A stretch of DNA of 26,196 nt from a virus (IMGVR_UViG_3300034374_009920:1-26196); one strand, 5' to 3'. Shown: positions 1-8,482, counted from the first letter of the stretch. The notes: a model not told the origin generated them from the sequence alone. Numbers and translations are program-made.

Positions 1-146
1 TAACTGTCGGGCGTGTAACCGCTTGCTGTTGCTGTTATTGTAATCGTATCGCCTATGCTTGGTGATGCATTGGATACTTCCACTGAAACAGAACCTCCAC
101 CTACTCCTCCACTCCCTGCTGGCCTTATGAATCCTACTCCTGGCAT
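1..146 (-). CDS. Partial structural/appendage protein (runs off the left edge)
   Basis: Not in the ORF track. ATG at 146 reads MPGVGFIRPAGSGGVGGGSVSVEVSNASPSIGDTITITATASGYTPDS..., open to the window edge, with an Ig-like beta-strand pattern. Same MPGVG start as 1431-1679. Confidence 0.75.
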   Translation of the reverse strand, partial: MPGVGFIRPAGSGGVGGGSVSVEVSNASPSIGDTITITATASGYTPDS

Positions 147-190
147 GGTTTAGAGATTGTAAATTATGGTAATTATAGTATGGTCTGCTT

Positions 191-1240
191 TCATGGTGCG
201 CCCAATGTGCTTGTAACTATACTACCTACGCTGTCATCCGTTGCTGCTGCTCTTAATCGTTGTGCCACTACGTGTGATGATGTCTGTATGTCATCTAACA
301 GGTCGGAAGCAAGTTGTGCGGTATCAACATTAACAGGCGAAAGCGTTCCTTCATACTCATTAGAAGGCCCGTAAACAACACCATCTTCTACATCTTCTTC
401 TAATGGGTAACCTGTTAGAGTGGATGCAGTATAGAGGAACTTGTCCTCACCTAATGTATTAGTTCCAAACCTCCATTGTGCAGTATCTGACATTGTTCCA
501 AAACGCAACCGCGAACACAATAACGCCATACGTTCAACGGTATTGGTCACTATCACGTTTTCAAGGATAAGCAATGACCCAGCGACTGTATTAACCGCCT
601 CTTCCGATGTTGAAGATGTAATACTACCATTGATGGTAATGGTGTCCGTAGCAGTGGAAGATTGAACACAGGCACTGAGGTTGGCTGTCACTATCCCAGT
701 TATGTTGATGAAGGAAGATCCACCTGTCGAAAGTACAGCAGTCTGCTGATTACCACCAACTGACGCAGATCCCAATACTGAGCCGTTTATATTACAAGTA
801 ACGCCAGCACCATTAAGTCTTATGCAATACCCATACAGACCAGCAGCACCTCTGCTGCCAGTAATTACTCCGTTGATGTTAACTATACAGGAACCAGTTA
901 TATTTACTGTTCCGATACCATATTGCCCTGCATTTACATTTACATTACTGTTGATGGTAATGGTGTTGCCAATTACTGCCGTGATATTTATAAAACCAAA
1001 TCCATTACTGGCTCCAAATATGCCCGCGCCAGTGCAAGTTATCACTCTTGATGCGCTGACCACCACATTGCCACTACTCGATCCAATATTAGACAGGCTC
1101 AATACAGTAATATCCACATCCGCTTGTACGGTATGACCGATGGCTATTACCACATCATCCACACTTGTAGGAACAACACCGCCCACCCAAGTAGCCGTGT
1201 CTGACCAATTACCCGATTGTGCGCTTGTTATCGTTGCCAT
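191..1240 (-). CDS. Tail fibre/spike-like beta-helix protein
   Basis: 349 aa rich in G/T/S/I/V. N-terminal SGNWSDTATWVGGVVPTSVDDVVI resembles G8/adhesin-type starts. Repeated 'INITGxV' beta-solenoid pattern. C-terminal YPLEEDVEDGVVYG..EGTL motif typical of phage fibre proteins. Confidence 0.6.
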   Translation of the reverse strand: MATITSAQSGNWSDTATWVGGVVPTSVDDVVIAIGHTVQADVDITVLSLSNIGSSSGNVVVSASRVITCTGAGIFGASNGFGFINITAVIGNTITINSNVNVNAGQYGIGTVNITGSCIVNINGVITGSRGAAGLYGYCIRLNGAGVTCNINGSVLGSASVGGNQQTAVLSTGGSSFINITGIVTANLSACVQSSTATDTITINGSITSSTSEEAVNTVAGSLLILENVIVTNTVERMALLCSRLRFGTMSDTAQWRFGTNTLGEDKFLYTASTLTGYPLEEDVEDGVVYGPSNEYEGTLSPVNVDTAQLASDLLDDIQTSSHVVAQRLRAAATDDSVGSIVTSTLGAP

Positions 1241-1425
1241 CAGTCTTTGTTTTGATTGTAAAACTCAGTTGCAGCAGCCAAAGCACTTGGATAGTCTGCA
1301 AGGTTGTTTAGCGTCTTGTTATCTACAGGTACACGCTGACCTTCTTCATTGATTGTCCAGCAGTTTAAAACGGCCACGTAAGCCGAACCTACTTGATTGA
1401 TCACTGTTGAGAATTTCTTTTCCAT
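1240..1425 (-). CDS. Small hypothetical protein, possibly fibre-associated
   Basis: Likely start is MEKKFST (ATG at 1425), just after the stop of the upstream gene. Its stop overlaps the next ATG (TGATG). Confidence 0.65.
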   Translation of the reverse strand: MEKKFSTVINQVGSAYVAVLNCWTINEEGQRVPVDNKTLNNLADYPSALAAATEFYNQNKD

Positions 1426-1430
1426 TTTGC

Positions 1431-1679
1431 TTACGTATAAGTTACTGTTAGTCTGTCTGTCCAAGCAACATCTTCGGCTGTTGCTGTTGCCGTTGTTCCG
1501 TTAGGGTTGTGAAGTATTCGTGTAATGAACCACTTTTCAGCACTTTCCAATGTACCTTTATTTGCTGCACCTATGTACGAGTAAAAAGTATCAGGACTTC
1601 CTTCTGGTTGGTAGTCCTGTCGAAGCTCTTTTGCTCCACCACCTCCAAAACCTATTCCTATTATTCCTACTCCTGGCAT
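1431..1679 (-). CDS. Small conserved phage virion-associated protein
   Basis: 82 aa. Gly-rich N-terminus MPGVGIIGIGFGGGG, then a YIGxAxxG...WxIxR...WxDRxxxxY pattern that recurs in phage structural modules. Confidence 0.7.
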   Translation of the reverse strand: MPGVGIIGIGFGGGGAKELRQDYQPEGSPDTFYSYIGAANKGTLESAEKWFITRILHNPNGTTATATAEDVAWTDRLTVTYT

Positions 1680-1680
1680 T

Positions 1681-2403
1681 TTAATTTGTTACATTTTCTG
1701 GTTCATATTCATTACAAGAATCACAGTAATCATCTAAAAAAGAAGCGAGATCGCATATGTCACTTGATGTAAGACAAGGATAAAGTCTTTCTGTTGTAGG
1801 AGCTACTGTATAGACAGGATCGTTATTTTCATCCCTTTCTATTTCAAGTATGAATCCTGTAAAAACTGCAGTTAGGTTTATGCCTACAAAGTTTCCTGCT
1901 GAATCAAAGTAATTGTCATTTGCGTACAAAGTAACTTCAAGAGTAAAGGTATTTTGAGGAGGGCTTGGGGGAGTTGTATTTACAACCTTTATCTGAAGGT
2001 TCAAAGGATCAGAACTGCCTTGATTGAAAAGCTCTGTAATGATCTGACCCAACTCAAATCCTTTTCCTGGAGTAGCATAACCTACAGGTATGGTATAAGA
2101 TGGTTGTCCGTTAGGAACTCTTCCGTGCTGTATGGTCTCGCCTAAAGCATTGGTTGTTTCCAAATAGCTCCAGATCATAGGATCTCCTACATACCTACCT
2201 TCAGCTGTATAAGTAACTTTTTGCCAAGTGTCCTGCACTGGAGCCTTTGACATGAGATCGGATACTGTTCTCGCTGTCACATGTTTTGTCATGCAACAGG
2301 GATCCATCTGCCCTCCACGCATCTTATCAAGCAAAGAGAGCCCCTTGGTTGAGAGGCAACAACTTTTAACACTTACGTAGTTTCTTATATCTACAGCGTT
2401 CAT
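1681..2403 (-). CDS. Cys-containing structural protein (tail ring/hub-like?)
   Basis: 240 aa with Cys clusters at both ends (KSCC, DPCC, YPCL..ICD..YCDSC). Lies in the virion block with an ATGA overlap to the upstream gene. Confidence 0.55.
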   Translation of the reverse strand: MNAVDIRNYVSVKSCCLSTKGLSLLDKMRGGQMDPCCMTKHVTARTVSDLMSKAPVQDTWQKVTYTAEGRYVGDPMIWSYLETTNALGETIQHGRVPNGQPSYTIPVGYATPGKGFELGQIITELFNQGSSDPLNLQIKVVNTTPPSPPQNTFTLEVTLYANDNYFDSAGNFVGINLTAVFTGFILEIERDENNDPVYTVAPTTERLYPCLTSSDICDLASFLDDYCDSCNEYEPENVTN

Positions 2404-2567
2404 CCTTTAACTTTTTTCAATCTTGGATTCTTTCTTTTTGCTTTTGCAGATGCTTTTCTTGTAGCTGACGCCAGTATAGCTCCGGCAGCCTTTTTACTTA
2501 CACCCTGCTTCTTAGCTATCTTAGCCTGAACTGCTTTGAATCCTGGATGCTTCTTTGACTTTTTCAT
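2400..2567 (-). CDS. 55-aa Lys/Ala-rich basic protein
   Basis: Not in the ORF track. MKKSKKHPGFKAVQAKIAKKQGVSKKAAGAILASATRKASAKAKRKNPRLKKVKG. ATGA overlaps at both ends (2564-2567 and 2400-2403). Confidence 0.85.
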   Translation of the reverse strand: MKKSKKHPGFKAVQAKIAKKQGVSKKAAGAILASATRKASAKAKRKNPRLKKVKG

Positions 2568-2704
2568 TTCTTACGCTTCATCATACAAGCAGAAGGTCTT
2601 TTTACACTTCGAGTTTCAACTCCTCCTTTTTTCATAAGCATCTCCATCATACCTCCGGTTTCCATTCCACCGCCTTTATACATTTTTTTCTTTGAAGATT
2701 TCAT
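2564..2704 (-). CDS. 46-aa Met/Lys/Gly-rich basic protein
   Basis: Not in the ORF track. MKSSKKKMYKGGGMETGGMMEMLMKKGGVETRSVKRPSACMMKRKK. Starts 1 nt after the upstream stop, and its stop overlaps the next ATG. Confidence 0.8.
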   Translation of the reverse strand: MKSSKKKMYKGGGMETGGMMEMLMKKGGVETRSVKRPSACMMKRKK

Positions 2705-2705
2705 C

Positions 2706-2870
2706 TTACTTTTTCTTGGATTTCATGATCTTAGCCTGCAAAGCTTTTGGTAAAGACTTTTGTTTGCCTGTCAGGCCTTTTTTCTTCATAGACTCCATTC
2801 CGCCTTTCTTCATCATCTTAGCCTTAGTCATAGATGCAGGCTTATTTTTCTTTTTCATTTTACCGTACAT
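2706..2870 (-). CDS. 54-aa Met/Lys-rich basic protein
   Basis: Not in the ORF track. MYGKMKKKNKPASMTKAKMMKKGGMESMKKKGLTGKQKSLPKALQAKIMKSKKK. A-rich leader, and it fills the gap in the gene run. Confidence 0.8.
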   Translation of the reverse strand: MYGKMKKKNKPASMTKAKMMKKGGMESMKKKGLTGKQKSLPKALQAKIMKSKKK

Positions 2871-2889
2871 AGTAGTTAGTTTTTAAATG

Positions 2890-3087
2890 TTAATCTCTGT
2901 AACCTCCGCCTTTAGCTTTGTATTGTTTTGCAAGCATCTGAGCTTTTCTTGCAGACCATTGTCCAGGTTTTCCTCCTTTACTACCTGCTTTGATCCTATT
3001 GAACAGAGCCTTTCTCATAGAAGGCTTTGTGTAGTTTCCAGCAGCATTTACTTTGGACTTTTTAGACGAGGGTTTTTTCTTTTTCAT
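2890..3087 (-). CDS. Basic protein resembling the N-terminal half of DUF5872-like proteins
   Basis: Motif YTKP..R......IKAGSKGGKPGQWSARKAQMLAKQYKAKGGGY. ATGA-type overlap with the upstream gene. Confidence 0.75.
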   Translation of the reverse strand: MKKKKPSSKKSKVNAAGNYTKPSMRKALFNRIKAGSKGGKPGQWSARKAQMLAKQYKAKGGGYRD

Positions 3088-3356
3088 TTTCTGTATCTCG
3101 CTGTTTTCTTTTTAATATTCTTAGGCTGTGATACAAACTGTTTTCCTTTTTTGTTACCTGCGGCTTTTGCTTTATTGGTTGCTCTTTTTTCCCCTGCACT
3201 TAGGTTATCCCAAGCAGCTTTAGGAAGATATCTTTTCTTACCCTTTGACTTTACTTCTTTACTCTTACCTTTCTTTTTGTTAGCATGGGTACCTGAGGTC
3301 ATCCATTTCTGACCTGTCCACTTCTTTAAAGACTTCTGTGATTTCTTAAGAGCCAT
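3084..3356 (-). CDS. Basic protein resembling the C-terminal half of DUF5872-like proteins
   Basis: Likely start MALKKSQKSLKKWT (ATG at 3356, TAATG overlap). Motifs QKSLKKWTxQKW, RYLPKAAW, KGKQFV. Confidence 0.75.
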   Translation of the reverse strand: MALKKSQKSLKKWTGQKWMTSGTHANKKKGKSKEVKSKGKKRYLPKAAWDNLSAGEKRATNKAKAAGNKKGKQFVSQPKNIKKKTARYRK

Positions 3357-3664
3357 TACCCTTTCTTCCACTTTTTACTTGGAGACTTGGTTTTACTTGG
3401 ACTCCACTTTACTTTATCAGCCCAGTAAGCAGCACTCATCTTGCCTTTAGAGATATTTTTAGCATGCCTGCTTTTAAATGCCTTTCTCTGCCCAACTGTC
3501 TGGTTGGTCTTCACACCTTGCTGACCAAAACGAATGGTCTTTACCTTATCTCCCTGTTTGGCCACTACGATGTGTGACTTCTTAGGATGGCCTGGAGTTC
3601 TTTTAGGTTTGTTGTAACCTGATACTCCGGCTCTTGCTAATCTTGGATCTTTCTTACTAGCCAT
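3356..3664 (-). CDS. Basic phage protein (IRFG...FKSRH...YW family)
   Basis: Likely start MASKKDP (ATG at 3664, TAATG overlap). Motif KTIRFGQQG...RKAFKSRH...SAAYWADKVKW, a pattern widespread in aquatic phages. Confidence 0.75.
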   Translation of the reverse strand: MASKKDPRLARAGVSGYNKPKRTPGHPKKSHIVVAKQGDKVKTIRFGQQGVKTNQTVGQRKAFKSRHAKNISKGKMSAAYWADKVKWSPSKTKSPSKKWKKG

Positions 3665-4407
3665 TATACTATTCCTCTTCTTAGACATCTAACGTACCAA
3701 CCGTTGACAGCAACACTGCAGTTAGCATCTGCTGTTATCTTGAACTGACCTCCGTTATTCAGTGTGTTCGTATCACCGATGTATATTGAGTTAAAACTTG
3801 TTATCTGATGATTTCCAGATGACTTGAAATTATGCTCCTGTATAAAAGGTATTGAATAAGCACCTGCTCCTGTTCCTAAATGCAAAAAAACGTCTATACC
3901 TGTATTTGACGATAGTGTTTTAACAATAATATCAAGTCTGATATCAACCATATCACCTACTTTGAGGTCTGACCAATCAAAGTTATTAGTGCTTGGATCC
4001 CAAAGTCTGTCAACTCCTTCAGGCAGGAACTGAGTATTGGTGTAAGCACCAAGGGTATCATTTGTTATTACTACTGCCGCACCTCCACCAGTAACACTTA
4101 TTGCTCCTAATGGTTGAGATGTAGCAAAATCATTGTAATCTGCAAAGCCTCCTGATATATTATCATTATCACCTTCAAGTGTCAAATAAGACTTGATAGT
4201 AGTGACAAGATCATACACCCCATTGACAGATGGATCATCTATCTGAGTAGAGTCTGCTCTGAGTATCTCTTCATTATCATCAAGAATGACCACCTCACCT
4301 GCCTCAGCTATTACACTTAGGTTTTCTTTAGGGTAATAATTGATGTTCTTCTCAACCGTATCGTAGATGAGAAGTTCAGTGGCTTTATTTTCTATCCTAA
4401 AACCCAT
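3664..4407 (-). CDS. Virion structural protein, beta-rich C-terminal domain
   Basis: 247 aa, acidic and beta-rich (LWDPSTNNFDWSDLKVGDMVDIRLD). Coupled to both neighbours by TAATG overlaps. Confidence 0.6.
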   Translation of the reverse strand: MGFRIENKATELLIYDTVEKNINYYPKENLSVIAEAGEVVILDDNEEILRADSTQIDDPSVNGVYDLVTTIKSYLTLEGDNDNISGGFADYNDFATSQPLGAISVTGGGAAVVITNDTLGAYTNTQFLPEGVDRLWDPSTNNFDWSDLKVGDMVDIRLDIIVKTLSSNTGIDVFLHLGTGAGAYSIPFIQEHNFKSSGNHQITSFNSIYIGDTNTLNNGGQFKITADANCSVAVNGWYVRCLRRGIV

Positions 4408-5390
4408 TAGGCAGTAATAGTGTAGCAGATAGTAATATCAACTATACATGCCTCTGGAGTTGTTTTAGATGTTTCCAGAGTTATGAACTCAGTTGCTCCT
4501 GAGTTTGTAAAAGTATTATTTGCTGTAGGTGTCACGGTCACTACATTGCCTAAAAGTAATGCAGTTGTAATATCTATCTGACTTCCGGTCATCAAAGTAC
4601 TTGCGTTATTCTTTGCGACTACAGTAAAGGTGTCAGTGGCAGGTACCTGCTTAACAGTAGCATATATTGCATTTACTGTACAGCTTCCTCCATTAGGTAG
4701 ACACATGGGATATTTGATGGCCCCTATCTTGCTTGCAGAGTCTCCTTCAAGTTGTACAGTGAACTGTCTTTGATTTACACCTGCTGATGATTTTAAAGGA
4801 GTAACAGTTCCTGCCGGAATAGTAGCTGCTCCTGTAGAAGCTAAAGACAGATCTCCTGAAACTGCAACTGAAACTACATCTGTTCCGTCACCTACAAGTA
4901 TCTGTCCTGATGTCTTTGCGTCAAGGTCTGTAGGAGCATCAGAAGCACCTCCTACCTTGATACTTCCTCTTGTTATGTTGGCGAGTTTAGCATTGGTAAT
5001 GGCATCGTCTGCAATATCAGGAGTATCTATCTCTCCCAACTCAAATGGAGCTGAAGCTTCTTCCAGTACACTTACTATCCAAGCAGATCCGTCATAAAAA
5101 CATTCTATGATGAAGTTGGTAGCTTTTAGTATTTCAGAAGGTATTGCAAGTACTCCGAACACGGTTACTCCTGTCAAAGCAGGTACTGTAAGATTTGCAT
5201 CCCAATAGATACGTACTTTCTGACCTGCTGTAGGAGTTCCTCCTGCAACTATCTGCATTATCCCTGCAAGAGTGACCGTCCCAGTGATAAGATGATCTTC
5301 GTAAACGATCTCAGGTGACGATGTTGCAAGATCTACAGGAATAGTAACTGTTCCTACAGAGATAGCATTATGTGTTTTAAATGTAGCCAT
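4407..5390 (-). CDS. Fibre-like structural protein
   Basis: 327 aa rich in T/V/A/G. Central fibre-shaft repeats (EIDTPDIADDAITNAKLAN; GQILVGDG). Confidence 0.6.
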   Translation of the reverse strand: MATFKTHNAISVGTVTIPVDLATSSPEIVYEDHLITGTVTLAGIMQIVAGGTPTAGQKVRIYWDANLTVPALTGVTVFGVLAIPSEILKATNFIIECFYDGSAWIVSVLEEASAPFELGEIDTPDIADDAITNAKLANITRGSIKVGGASDAPTDLDAKTSGQILVGDGTDVVSVAVSGDLSLASTGAATIPAGTVTPLKSSAGVNQRQFTVQLEGDSASKIGAIKYPMCLPNGGSCTVNAIYATVKQVPATDTFTVVAKNNASTLMTGSQIDITTALLLGNVVTVTPTANNTFTNSGATEFITLETSKTTPEACIVDITICYTITA

Positions 5391-5391
5391 A

Positions 5392-6090
5392 TTATGCCTT
5401 TTTTAGAAGTTCAAGCTTAGCTGTCAATAATTTTACCGGCCTCAGCGCAGAATCTGTTTCCAAAAGAATATCCACATCAAAGTCATTGGCCAAGTTGACA
5501 GCCATGGTCTGAGAGGTTTTGAATACGTTTCCTAAGTTATTTGCCATGGGTACTATTACTTCAGAAGAGTAATCAGAGTATCCTGGCTGTACCTGATATG
5601 TCTGTAAATGAGATTCTATTCTAAGGCCTATTGAAGAGAATCTGACAATATCCAAAGTGATCCTGTAAGAAAATGGACCCTTTACCTTTATGTTAGGATA
5701 GTCAAACAATCCTGTGCCGAGTCCTATCTGAACGTCAGTCCCATCTACTTGAATCTTCATACCGGTAAGAGAAAGATCACTCAGAGTAGGAAGAGTAAGA
5801 GCTGTAAGTCTCAATGTATCTCCATCAGTATCCAAAGTACCTCCGGTCACTGTCCATGTTTCCGGTAAAGCTGTAGCATAGCTTAGATCAGTTATTTCCT
5901 GATCTTCTTCTAGAGTATAGAGAATTGATGTACCATCATCTCCTGGAGGGCCTGCTACAGTACTGGCAGCTCCTGCCGGTCCTTCTGGACCTTGTGGTCC
6001 TACTGGGCCTTGCGCCCCGGTCGTGCCTTTTGGTCCTGCCGGTCCCTGCTGAAGTTGGACTGATCCTAAACAATCATTACATTCACTCAT
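5392..6090 (-). CDS. Collagen-like repeat fibre protein
   Basis: N-terminal CxxC (MSECNDC), then Gly-X-Y repeats [32 protein letters not shown] and a globular C-terminus. Confidence 0.75.
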   Translation of the reverse strand: MSECNDCLGSVQLQQGPAGPKGTTGAQGPVGPQGPEGPAGAASTVAGPPGDDGTSILYTLEEDQEITDLSYATALPETWTVTGGTLDTDGDTLRLTALTLPTLSDLSLTGMKIQVDGTDVQIGLGTGLFDYPNIKVKGPFSYRITLDIVRFSSIGLRIESHLQTYQVQPGYSDYSSEVIVPMANNLGNVFKTSQTMAVNLANDFDVDILLETDSALRPVKLLTAKLELLKKA

Positions 6091-6098
6091 CTCTGATA

Positions 6099-6677
6099 TT
6101 ATTTACAACTACAGTCCTCCTCAGTGGCACACAATGCAGTGAGCTTGTCAAAGGCTGTCTTGGCTTTGTTAAAATTACATCCTCTGGCAGCATCCTCAAA
6201 GTCTTTTAAAAGGGCCCAGAGATAATTGGCAAAATTCAGTTTATCCGCATTCTTGCAAGGATCATTGCCATACGCAACAATAGCTGCGTGAAGTCTTTTA
6301 TGTACACAACACTTTAGGTCACAATAAACATAGAATTTTACTGTTTTCTCTGTAGTAGCTGCAGCTTCATCTGATCCTACAGTTATAACATAAGTTGCAG
6401 TGTACAACCCATCAGGCAATGTAAGAGGTATTTCCTCGTAAGTAAAATCTGCATACCAATCAACTGCGTTGGTCTGAGATGTGATGTCTTCAGTATGTAC
6501 AATACCTGTAGAATCTTTGATAATGATAGACGCATCGGTCACATCTGTCCTATCACTGTTAGGAGTGCCCCAACCTCCAGTATTGCTGGCCGAGTATCCT
6601 CCAGTAATATCAGTAACAGATAGGACATTACAGTTATCCTTTGTACATACCGATAGATTTAATGTAGGTAAGGGCAT
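6099..6677 (-). CDS. Cys-rich structural protein (crAss-like tail hub/ring-type)
   Basis: 192 aa. DITGxY...NxGGWG start, LPDGLYT Ig-like strand, helical Cys-rich C-terminus ending DCSCK. Lies in the structural block. Confidence 0.55.
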   Translation of the reverse strand: MPLPTLNLSVCTKDNCNVLSVTDITGGYSASNTGGWGTPNSDRTDVTDASIIIKDSTGIVHTEDITSQTNAVDWYADFTYEEIPLTLPDGLYTATYVITVGSDEAAATTEKTVKFYVYCDLKCCVHKRLHAAIVAYGNDPCKNADKLNFANYLWALLKDFEDAARGCNFNKAKTAFDKLTALCATEEDCSCK

Positions 6678-6682
6678 TTAAG

Positions 6683-6988
6683 TTAAATTTTACTTAATGA
6701 TGATGATATGACAATTGAGCCTACTTTGGACTTCTTATCCTCAAGTATCTGCTGAACTTCAGCCTCAATAGCGTCAACGTCAACCTCTGCACGTATCCAT
6801 GCCTTCACATCCTCCTCTTTCAGTTCACTGAACGGAATGAAGTCTGGTGAGTCAGGGTCTCCTTCAAGTGTGACCTTACCTCTTTTGTTAGCGATAAGTC
6901 CACCTTCCTTTGCAATGACATTGAATCTGACCTCAAATACAAGGTCACTGTCTGCGTGTCTTTTGATCTTTTCTAATTTTAGTCTCAT
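6683..6988 (-). CDS. Putative fibre-assembly/chaperone-like protein
   Basis: Motif DPDSPDFIPFSELKEEDVKAWI, common in small genes directly after phage fibre genes. ATGA overlap with the 480-aa fibre gene. Confidence 0.6.
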   Translation of the reverse strand: MRLKLEKIKRHADSDLVFEVRFNVIAKEGGLIANKRGKVTLEGDPDSPDFIPFSELKEEDVKAWIRAEVDVDAIEAEVQQILEDKKSKVGSIVISSSLSKI

Positions 6989-8427
6989 GTCAGTCTTATT
7001 CTTATGGTTCCTGAGTTATGGTAAATACCGCCTACAGGTACTCCTCCTGTAGCGGCAGCCGCATCATCTGCGTAGTCAAGTGCTGGTATCGTCTCTGATA
7101 CAAGGTAGTCATTGAAGAACTCAAGTATAGCGTCTCCATTGTTGTCTTCAATTCTAATTACCGATGCCGTGTTATCTGATAGGTCGTTTGCAATTACGAA
7201 TCCATTTGCTGAATCGTACAATTCCATACTGATAACTTCTCCAGAACTATTTGTCTTTGTGGCAACATTGTAAAACGGGGTTGAATCACCTATCCCAAGT
7301 TCATGCCCCATATAGGTCTTATCCCCAGAGACAGTGTCAATGAAATTCCCCCTTAAAGAGAAGTTTCTTGTAAGTGATCCTCCTACACCAGTATTATCTA
7401 CTATCACGCTACCGTGAAAAAGTGAAGACCCTGAGTAGTCACCGCTATTGACCTCGTATATTGTCCCTGCAATTGAAGACGGAACAGATACACCAAGCCC
7501 AACAAGCTCTGTTTCACCGTCAAAAATACCCTTAGAGATCGTGACATCACTACCTTCGTATTTACTACCGATAAAGTCACCAGAAAAATCTGTATCAATG
7601 AACCCTCCAAATGCGGGTATGTATTGAAATCCGAAAGGTGATTCTAAGTCATTATCCGTCACATAACTGAGCGTGTCTGTAAAGTCAATTGTGAGATCAC
7701 TGAGCGTTACACCATCATTTTTTACTTCAAGCCTTGCATCTCCGTTATTGTCTTCTATCCTTAATACTGATGCTGTATTGTCGGCAAGATCGTTTGATAA
7801 TTTAAAACCCGATTCTGAATCTAAAACTTCAAGCTTTACTGTTTCTCCAGAATTATTTGTTTTTGTTATTTCGTATGAAGAGGCTGAGGAGTCTATAAGG
7901 TAACCATCAATTATCTCGGTAACATCTCCAGAAGAAGGGTCTACGAATATGGATTCCCTAAAATTCAAAAACCTTTCGTCACCACCGAGTAGAGTATCGT
8001 CAGAATATTTTATGAGATTTGAAAGTGATGATCCAGAAAGGTCTCCAGATGTTATTTTCAATAACTGACCAGAAAGCTGATCAGGAAATGAAAGTCCGAT
8101 AGGGTCTATTTCAGTTTCTCCATCACCGATAATATTGAAAATGGAATGATTGTCAGATGTAATTACTGACCCCAAAACATCTCCAGTAAATACAAGGTTC
8201 TGCCACGACCCTAAAAACTCTTTACCAACATTGATCTCATAATCCTCTTCAGTCAAATAACTGAGCGTGTCTGTGAAGTCAAAGTTTTTTGGATGAATAT
8301 CATCTAACCCCTCAATCTTTTCCAAGGCATCTACAAGCTCATTGAACTGTTTAGAGTAGACTCTCAATCCATTATCATTGGTACCCGGTAAGTGATTCTG
8401 TCCTGTTATTTTTTTAAATAATCCCAT
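6985..8427 (-). CDS. Fibre/appendage protein with a tandem ~200-aa internal duplication
   Basis: Two copies each of DFTDTLSY and of TKTNxSGE...NDLxDNTASVxRIEDNNGDA. C-terminal YADDAAAATGGVPVGGIYH motif seen in Bacteroidota phage fibres. Confidence 0.7.
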   Translation of the reverse strand: MGLFKKITGQNHLPGTNDNGLRVYSKQFNELVDALEKIEGLDDIHPKNFDFTDTLSYLTEEDYEINVGKEFLGSWQNLVFTGDVLGSVITSDNHSIFNIIGDGETEIDPIGLSFPDQLSGQLLKITSGDLSGSSLSNLIKYSDDTLLGGDERFLNFRESIFVDPSSGDVTEIIDGYLIDSSASSYEITKTNNSGETVKLEVLDSESGFKLSNDLADNTASVLRIEDNNGDARLEVKNDGVTLSDLTIDFTDTLSYVTDNDLESPFGFQYIPAFGGFIDTDFSGDFIGSKYEGSDVTISKGIFDGETELVGLGVSVPSSIAGTIYEVNSGDYSGSSLFHGSVIVDNTGVGGSLTRNFSLRGNFIDTVSGDKTYMGHELGIGDSTPFYNVATKTNSSGEVISMELYDSANGFVIANDLSDNTASVIRIEDNNGDAILEFFNDYLVSETIPALDYADDAAAATGGVPVGGIYHNSGTIRIRLT

Positions 8428-8439
8428 GTGCTTGTTAAG

Positions 8440-8482
8440 ATAAAAATAGTATCTGACAGGGAGTTACGGCTCCCCATCAGAT
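8440..8482 (-). terminator. Probable intrinsic terminator/attenuator after the auxiliary capsid gene
   Basis: Minus strand ATCTGATGGGGAG-CCGTAA-CTCCCTGTCAGAT (13-bp stem with 2 G-U pairs), followed by ACTATTTTTA. Confidence 0.6.
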
